Assembly (NCBI RefSeq): GCF_006345805.1
Contig: NW_021829965.1
Location: 1 to 5,730 of the forward strand
DNA: 5,730 bases
Source of the DNA: Octopus sinensis
Lineage: Eukaryota
Direction of reading: 5' to 3'
Below the pieces are notes generated by a model that saw only the letters and a list, made by a program, of their open reading frames with translations, ran no database searches and was not told the origin of the DNA. Each line of letters begins with the position of its first letter. Within the stretch, counting starts at the first letter, position 1. The position numbers and the translations under genes were made by a program. Shown in pieces: positions 1 through 5,730 of this stretch.

Positions 1-101
1 TCATGTGTTCACAGGTCTTCTCGTTTGACATATTACATATTGTCTTTTTTTTTTATTTAATTTAATTCAATTTTTTTTTTTTGCAAATCTCTTTGTCGTG
101 T

Positions 102-105
<4 letters not shown>

Positions 106-137
<32 letters not shown>
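106..137. repeat. (CT)16 microsatellite
   Basis: Perfect CT dinucleotide run, read directly from the sequence. Confidence 0.97.
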
Positions 138-139
<2 letters not shown>

Positions 140-159
140 ACGCGTGCACACTAGCACAA

Positions 160-403
160 ACTTATATAGCCATGTGTCTATGTAGATATGTATGCATACA
201 CGCATGTATGTATGCAAGTATGTTTACATAGATATGCTTATACACACACACACATATATGTGTATGCATGCGTATATATGTACATATAAATGAGTATTTA
301 ACTGACTAGATGTATATGCATGCACACACTCACACACACATATATATACTCACACATGCACAGATACACACGCGCACCTTCGCACAAATACACACACACA
401 CAC
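160..403. repeat. Degenerate compound CA/TA/TG/TATG low-complexity tract
   Basis: Largely alternating purine-pyrimidine sequence with short (CA)n runs near 242-254, 322-340 and 388-403. It produces the HT/Y-rich start of ORF 320..541. Confidence 0.85.
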
Positions 404-408
404 AAAGC

Positions 409-795
409 TATTGGATTGAAAATTTTGCACAAAGCCAACTCTGCTTGGGGGAGTGGGGTAATTCGATCAAAGAATGAAAGGCAAAGCGGCCCTCGGCGGA
501 ATTTGAACTCAGAAACTGAAGATAGAAGAAATGCTGCTTAGCATTACCCCCGTCTTGCTAACGTTACTTATTTCTTTATTGCCCACAAGGGGCTAAACAT
601 ACAGGAGAAAAACAAGGACAAAGAGATTAAGTCGATTACATCGACACCAGTGCGTAACTGGTACTTCTTTTATCGACCCCGAAAAGATGAAAGGCAAAGT
701 CGACCTCTGCGGAGTTTGAACTCAGAACGTAGCGACAGACGGAACACCACCAAGCATTACGCCCGGCACGCTAACGTTTCTGCCAGCTCGCCGTC
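409..795 (-). mobile_element. Dimeric tRNA-derived SINE (Octopus-type): full monomer 795-566 followed by a head-truncated, internally deleted monomer 565-409
   Basis: The minus strand begins GACGGCGAGCTGGCAGAAACGTTAGC, with an A-box-like TGGCAGAAACG (785-775) and a B-box-like GTTCAAACTCC (721-711). A second B-box-like GTTCAAATTCC lies at 508-498. An internal direct repeat is visible on the + strand: 474-565 vs 688-778 (ATGAAAGGCAAAG...TTTGAACTCAGAA...GCTAACGTT). The body GCCTTTCATCTTTTCGGGGTCGATAAAAGAAGTACCAGTTACGCACTGG matches my recollection of a high-copy Octopus SINE; no search was run. No clear TSD. Confidence 0.88.
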
Positions 796-1217
796 TTCAC
801 ACACCTACACATATCACTGAAGCGAACATTGTGTTCACGTTTGGTCCTTTAATGCTGCGCATAGTATAAATGCGTGGATTTCAGCATTTAGTGTATTTGT
901 TACTGCGTGTTTAGTTTGACTTGTCTATCGTACACAAGTTTCTTGTCATTTCAATCATTTCGAGCACAGAAAAAGCAAAAGCATGTGTCTCACTCTTCAT
1001 CGACTGGGGGTCCATGGAAGAGTTTGCGGATCCTCGAAAGAAAAACGGTAAATTAAGAATATAAATTAGTATTTTAAAGTTCCATGAAAGAATTTTGCTT
1101 TAGGTAGATTTATTGCAAGGAACAACTTTCTCTAACGTTTTACGTAACGAAATCAGAATTTTGAAAGAAGTATCCATATAAAAACTAACTTTTGAACATT
1201 GAATGGCTTTGGTAGGC

Positions 1218-1356
1218 GGGCGGGTGGGTGGGAGAATCGCAGAATAAGATAGTAATGAAGCGGGTCTGTAGATAGAGATGCTGTGAATGTCTAGAAAATA
1301 TTATTAGTATGATAGAATCCTTTCATATCTATTGGCAGCGTTTGATTGGCCAATAG
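1218..1356. promoter_or_regulatory. Possible GC-box plus triple CCAAT-box cluster (putative TATA-less promoter or enhancer)
   Basis: GGGCGG at 1218-1223 within GGTAGGCGGGCGGGTGGGTGGG; ATTGG at 1331-1335; palindromic ATTGGCCAAT at 1345-1354. Motif presence only, with no transcript evidence. Confidence 0.3.
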
Positions 1357-1562
1357 CGCTAAGCACATTTGCGCGTTGGCTGCAATCCTCTTTTCTAACA
1401 CCATCGTCTTCACCGGAAACCAAAAGCCTTCATTCCATACCACTGACTCCCACACTTCAACATCCAGCAATGTGATTTCCTGCATCAAACCCTCTTGTTT
1501 CCAATCCTCGTACACCGGACAAAAGTGATCTATCTAACAATATATCTGTGTGTCATCAATAG

Positions 1563-1600
<38 letters not shown>

Positions 1601-1601
1601 G

Positions 1602-1672
<71 letters not shown>

Positions 1673-1697
1673 ATCTATCTATCTATCTATCTATCTG

Positions 1698-1732
<35 letters not shown>

Positions 1733-1734
1733 GT
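1563..1734. repeat. (CTAT)n tetranucleotide microsatellite (GATA/GACA repeat on the minus strand), about 43 units
   Basis: Structure (CTAT)9 CTGT (CTAT)16 CTTT (CTAT)6 CTGT (CTAT)8 CTGT. It explains the IYLS repeats in ORFs 1495..1944 and 1550..1903. Confidence 0.98.
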
Positions 1735-1754
1735 GTATCCATCTTCATCCTCCC

Positions 1755-1772
1755 CTCTCTCTCTCTCTCTCT
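1755..1772. repeat. (CT)9 microsatellite
   Basis: Perfect CT run, read directly. Confidence 0.9.
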
Positions 1773-2698
1773 TTATCTATTTATCTATGTATCTCTTTGC
1801 CTACGAAACCTTTTTTTTATCTCCATACATCGCCCTATTATCGTTTTCACACCTGACCAGTTCTATCCAGTTCTCAGAAGAGCTGAGAATCCGCCAAACG
1901 TAAAGATTTTACTGATAAAAAGTCAAATAACTTTACCGAGATGATTTTTACGAATCTGCTTTCTTCTTTCTCTTTCATTCTTTCTTTCTCTCCTCCTTTT
2001 CCTCTCTCCCTTTTCATTTGTCCTTCCTCTCTTCCTGTTTTCAATTTAACCATACTAATACACTCCTTATTTCTATGTCAGTTTAAATGCAAACCTGGAA
2101 TCTGCTACACTCTATATAAATTCCCTACTGGAAATGACCAACTTTAAGAGAATCTTACATTGCTTATAAACTCTATATTTGGATGGACTCATACTAAACT
2201 CTGTTGGACTTTTGGATTTTACTCAAAGGATATTGGAATATTAAACATATATACCATTATGCGTATAAAACGGATTTACAAATTCAATATCCATACGTAT
2301 CTTAAATCTATTTTCTTTCCTCCACCTCACTCTCTATTTGTATCACATCGAAACTAACTATGACTTAATTATTATTAATTAATATTCTAGAAACAGCCGT
2401 AAGACCTTCTATCTATAAATGCTCTTATATCTATACAGTCTTGGTTTCTTTTATCGCATTGCGCAAAAAATTCATATATACACACGCTGACATAGAACCA
2501 ATGTTGAACCCTTTATTCGCAATATTACCGAATCTGGAACTTAACTATGGTCTGTTCGCGCACGCAACTCGAGCACTGGCACCATCCATATGCTAACTCA
2601 TAAAATCTGTAAATGTTCTACAGTTTTTGCTATTGTAGAGTCCTTTTAAGACACTTGTCTACTCGCTCTGTGATTTGAAAATTTTAGCACCCGCGCAC

Positions 2699-2970
2699 TC
2701 ACACCTACAACACATACATATATTCACATACATACATACTAGATACATACATATAATATAATATAATATATATATATATAGATATATATATATAATATAT
2801 ATATAATATATATATAATATTATATATAATATATATATATATATATATATGAGACAGAGAGAGAGAGGGAGAGAGGGAGAGAGAGGAAGCAAGATAAAAA
2901 GAAACATATGCACGTATAAGCATGTGTGTGTGTGTGTGTTTGTGTGTGTGTGTTTGTGTGTGTGGGGGGG
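2699..2970. repeat. Compound microsatellite: CA/CATA, (TA)n, (GA)n/GAGAGG, (TG)n, G-run
   Basis: CATA-rich 2699-2750; interrupted (TA)n 2751-2850; GA-rich 2851-2887; (TG)n 2923-2964. It explains ORFs 2659..3060, 2705..2980 and 2820..3023. Confidence 0.95.
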
Positions 2971-3245
2971 TGAATGCCAATAGATCTTGGAGCGTTTTTT
3001 TTTTCTACCGAAAGTTCTTGCATGGCATATTGTATAAATTACATTTACATCTGATGCCATATCTCAGCGTTTTATAATCGTTACGTGGAGGCTGGTTGTG
3101 TGGTTGCGGTTGTTGTTGCGGTTGTTGCTCATGTCAACCATAATCCTACTTCGTATTTATCTCGTATGTTCTTCCGACTTTTTTTTTTCTTTTAGTTTTT
3201 CCTGCATATTTCTCCCAACTGGGTCACATACACAGGGATAGAAAT

Positions 3246-3285
3246 ACAGACACACATACGCATACAAACACCACACACACACACA

Positions 3286-3348
<63 letters not shown>

Positions 3349-3600
3349 TGCGTATATAACTGATATATGCTTCTGTGTATAAACACTCGCATACACGTGC
3401 ATACATACATACACACAAATGTATGTTAATATATCTTTATGCGTATGTATATATATGTATATATGTATATATGTATGTTATTTATGCCTGCATGTAGACA
3501 CATGCATGCGTTATGTGTGTGTGTGTGTCTGTGCACTATATACATTTCTTTCATTGTTGTGTGTGCCTGCACGTATATATCGTACATGTGAACGTATATA
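3246..3600. repeat. Compound microsatellite/low-complexity tract: (CA)n, (TA)n, degenerate TATG/TG
   Basis: (CA)n about 3266-3316; (TA)n 3317-3344; degenerate TA/TG tract to about 3600. It explains the VCVC/YIYI ORFs between 3157 and 3611. Confidence 0.93.
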
Positions 3601-3799
3601 GTTCTAAACACACGTTTTCAAATCCTAGTTTTTGCCAGTGAATGCAGGAATGTGTTTCGAAAACATGTTGAAAATATATAATCTTTGTTTTTTCTTCTTT
3701 TTTTTCTTTTTTAGCAACTCCTGTTTCAAGTAGTGAGCATCTTTTCGACGTGAAAGTCGCGGTGGATGGAAAGTCAGATTGAATCCCAATTCAATGTAC

Positions 3800-3818
3800 T
3801 ATATATAATATATATATA

Positions 3819-3857
<39 letters not shown>

Positions 3858-3916
3858 CATACAGACACATATGCACACACACACACATACATGCACACAC
3901 AGGTATATATATATAT

Positions 3917-3962
<46 letters not shown>

Positions 3963-4014
3963 GTATGTATGTATGTATTATGTATGTATGTATGTATGTA
4001 TGTATGTATGTATA
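3800..4014. repeat. Compound microsatellite: (TA)n, CA/CATA, (TA)n, (TGTA)n
   Basis: (TA)n 3801-3852; CA-rich 3853-3900; (TA)n about 3905-3956; (TGTA)n about 3955-4014, ending exactly at the mariner TA target site. Confidence 0.95.
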
Positions 4015-4602
4015 TTGGGTCAGCCCATATATAATGTGGTTTTATCAATTGCATGAACTAAAAGTCGGACAAACTACCTGCATCAACTTGCTATAAAAGC
4101 AGGTAGTAATCTTACCTTGACCTTATTCTTAGTGCTAGTTTTGAAGAGTGCAGTTTGATTTTAACAGTTATTTTTTCAAAGCTATAATGGAAGTGACAAA
4201 GTAGCATATTCGACATATTCTGCTTTATGATTTCAATAAAGTACCAATGCAACAGAAAGTGCAAGAAATGTCAATGCAGTATATGGGTATTGGACAGTAA
4301 GTGTAAGTCAGTGTTAATGGTGGTTCCAGAAATTCTGAGCCAGAAACTACAGTCTAGATGATGTGCCTTGTACTGGAACGTCTGTAGAGCTCGACGGGGA
4401 CGTTCTGTAAACCTTGGTGGAGCAAAATCCCATCATAACTGTTGAGGAACCAGCAGAGAAACATGGATTTGGTCATTCAACCATTTATCCATACCTGCAA
4501 GTCATCGGAAATGTCAGCAAATTGAGTCAATGACTTCCTCACAAATTTCCCGTGTCTAATCGCACAGAGAGAGTGAATGAGTGTTCTTCTTTGCTCTCAC
4601 GA
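4015..4602 (+). mobile_element. 3'-truncated, decayed mariner (Tc1/mariner) DNA transposon: left TIR, 172-bp 5' UTR and N-terminal transposase
   Basis: TA at 4013-4014 is followed by TTGGGTCAGCCCATATATAATGTGGTTTT (4015-4043), which resembles mariner TIRs of the TTRGGT...TAAT.GCGGTTTT type (Hsmar1/Famar1-like, from memory). The ATG at 4187 lies 172 bp inside the terminus, a typical mariner 5' UTR length. No right TIR is present in the window. Confidence 0.9.
4187..4602 (+). pseudogene. Mariner transposase pseudogene fragment (N-terminal HTH DNA-binding region and WVPHEL-like linker)
   Basis: Manual translation: MEVTK*HIRHILLYDFNK /frameshift at about 4241/ TNATESARNVNAVYGYWTVSVSQC*WWFQKF*ARNYSLDDVPCTGTSVELDGDVL*TLVEQNPIITVEEPAEKHGFGHSTIYPYLQVIGNVSKLSQ*LPHKFPVSNRTERVNECSSLLSR. 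This is collinear with the Mos1/Hsmar1 N-terminus (WF.KF..G..SL.D..RSGRP, HST..RHL..IGKV.KL..WVPH.L). Stops at 4202, 4315, 4336, 4408 and 4531. It ends just before the IVTGDEKW first catalytic Asp. Confidence 0.93.
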
Positions 4603-4823
4603 AAGAACCCGTATGTTGTGGCTCTCATTTGGTATTTGTCCCACCATCACAACCGGTGTGGGTTTGTATATGCCCCAGCAACGTAGCAGTTCAACAAAAG
4701 AGATCCATACGCTGAGGACCAGGAGTAATATGTAAGTACTGGCATGCATCGATTCGGCGAAACCTCTTAAAGTTGATCCCCAGCAGTTTTATAGCCCTAT
4801 GACTGTAACAAGTAATAGAGAAG
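4601..4823 (+). mobile_element. Degenerate 3' half of a second Octopus-type SINE family, lacking its tRNA head
   Basis: The segments GAAAGAACCCGT, TTTGTCCCACCATCACAACCGGTGT, GCCCCAGCAACGTAGCAGTTCAACAAAAGAGA, TAAGTACTGG and ATGACTGTAACAAGTAATAGAG follow the order I recall for the 3' part of a common Octopus SINE. The identification is from memory. No A or B box is present. Confidence 0.65.
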
Positions 4824-4878
4824 TATGTGTGCGTGGGAGTGCCTATGTGTGCCTGTGCGTAACTTGTGGCGTGTGAGC

Positions 4879-5477
4879 GGGCTAATGCATTTTCGCACCT
4901 CTCCTTGAAAAATGCATTGTTTTCAAAAATAAGTTTTCGGATTATACTGTTAGATGACGGAGATTACGAATATTCAAAAACATTTTCATTAATCCCCACC
5001 CCTCACACTCCCATTTAAAATTATGAACTTTTCAAGATTTGGGGTTTTTTTCCAGTGTTTTAGATGATGAAATTCCGAATATGACAGAAACCACGTTTTC
5101 AAAATTTTAAATTCAGTAAGCATATAGATATGTGTATAAAGAGATAGATATGAATGTTTTCCTGGGCTAGAAACAACAGTAGCACCGTCCTCACTTAGTT
5201 GACAAATATATTATTTAAGGCAAACGCAAATAAAACGCAAATTATTTTCCCTTTAATGTTTTTGTATTTAATTTCGATTTGCGTATGTTCGTCAATTCTC
5301 TACAATCTCTTTAGAGCAAACAATATCAAAAATTTAAATTGGGAGAAGGAGAGGGGGTTAAATGAAAAAAACAAATTTGCATATTCGTAATCTCCGACGT
5401 CTAAAACTTAGGAATCCGAAAAAAATTATTTCAAAAGATGCATTTCCCAAGGAGAGGTTGCGAAACTGCATTAGCCC
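4879..5477. mobile_element. Non-autonomous foldback/MITE-type DNA transposon with about 150-bp TIRs and an 8- or 10-bp TSD (MULE/Phantom-like; hAT and Merlin not excluded)
   Basis: The left arm (4878 to about 5026) is the imperfect reverse complement of the right arm (about 5325-5478). The terminal 41 columns match at 37 positions (CGGGCTAATGCAtTTTCGCA-CCTCTCCTTGaaAAATGCAT vs CGGGCTAATGCAgTTTCGCAaCCTCTCCTTGggAAATGCAT). A perfect direct repeat CGTGTGAGCG lies at 4870-4879 and 5477-5486. Degenerate TG tracts on both sides look like one interrupted tract. No transposase-like ORF. Confidence 0.88.
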
Positions 5478-5492
5478 GTGTGAGCGAGCATC

Positions 5493-5599
5493 CAGTTTAT
5501 GTATGTGCGTGTCTGTGTTTTTGTGTATCTGTGTGTTATGGGTATGTTTTGTTTGTGTGTGTGTGAGTGAGCATGTGTGTATTATGTGTGTATGTGTGT
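5493..5599. repeat. Degenerate (TG)n low-complexity tract
   Basis: TG-rich interrupted repeat. It explains the CVCV tail of ORF 5362..5628. Confidence 0.8.
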
Positions 5600-5730
5600 A
5601 CGAATATTTTAGAAGCCACTCCTTCTAAGTGCTTCCCCCGTTAATCACAACTAGACTCAATAAAACATTTAACGTCCACGCAACTTTATCCCCACAGAGT
5701 CAGTCTAATGGTAGAGGGCGTTAGTGTTTA

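Noticed and set aside
320-541. ORF 320..541 (+), 73 aa
   Set aside because: The first half translates a CA/TA tract and the second half is the antisense strand of the SINE.
711-795. Possible tRNA gene on the minus strand (A- and B-box-like motifs)
   Set aside because: No complete cloverleaf or acceptor stem, and it continues into a SINE body, so it is a tRNA-derived SINE head.
1291-1528. Overlapping ORFs 1291..1515 (-) and 1346..1528 (+)
   Set aside because: They are short, rely on non-ATG starts, contain no recognisable domain and lack convincing splice sites. They are kept only as part of the unique-sequence island.
1871-1889. Hairpin TTCTCAG-AAGAG-CTGAGAA
   Set aside because: An isolated 7-bp stem, expected by chance in 5.7 kb.
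1495-1944. ORFs of 149 aa and 117 aa with IYLS repeats
   Set aside because: Translation of the stop-free (CTAT)n microsatellite.
3005-3133. Minus-strand frame HEQQPQQQPQPHNQPPRNDYKTLRYGIRCKCNLYNMPCKNFR*, which looks like a polyQ/P protein tail
   Set aside because: It is bounded upstream by an in-frame TGA, has no start codon or pyrimidine-rich acceptor, and the Q/P run comes from a short GTT/GCG trinucleotide repeat (about 3100-3128).
2659-3611. Cluster of minus- and plus-strand ORFs rich in HT, YI and VC
   Set aside because: All are translations of (CA)n, (TA)n, (TG)n and (GA)n tracts.
3606-3669. Weak inverted repeat ACACGTTTTCAAA / TTTCGAAAACATGT, with CACGTTTTCAAA also recurring at 5092-5103
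   Set aside because: Short and imperfect in AT-rich DNA with no TSD, so it is compatible with chance.
5199-5628. ORFs 5199..5390 and 5362..5628 as a transposase of the foldback element
   Set aside because: Short, with no DDE, zinc-finger or HTH motifs. They run across the TIR into the flanking TG tract.
5696-5730. CAGTCTAATGGTAGAG, resembling a Pol III A-box at the window edge, and AATAAA at 5659-5664
   Set aside because: The A-box match is imperfect and any B-box would lie outside the window. A lone AATAAA is uninformative in AT-rich DNA.
1-5730. CRISPR array or prokaryotic defence/operon system
   Set aside because: There are no regularly spaced repeat-spacer units and no gene-dense coding structure. 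The sequence is eukaryotic repetitive DNA.

Overview
Repeat-rich, AT-rich eukaryotic intronic or intergenic DNA with no intact protein-coding gene. Nearly all ORFs in the supplied track are translations of microsatellites. The SINE sequences resemble the abundant tRNA-derived SINEs of Octopus, so the host is probably an octopod cephalopod (recalled, not searched). Supported features: (1) a dimeric tRNA-derived SINE on the minus strand at 409-795; (2) a decayed mariner element missed by the ORF track, with a TA target site, a left TIR from 4015 and a transposase pseudogene at 4187-4602 carrying 5 stops and 1 frameshift, truncated before the catalytic domain; (3) the 3' half of a second SINE family abutting that truncation, about 4601-4823; (4) a roughly 600-bp non-autonomous foldback/MITE-type element at 4879-5477 with about 150-bp inverted arms, internal subrepeats and a perfect flanking direct repeat CGTGTGAGCG; (5) many simple and compound microsatellites. 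I found no evidence for a new multi-gene system. The most novel-looking object is the foldback element, whose superfamily I cannot assign from the sequence alone.
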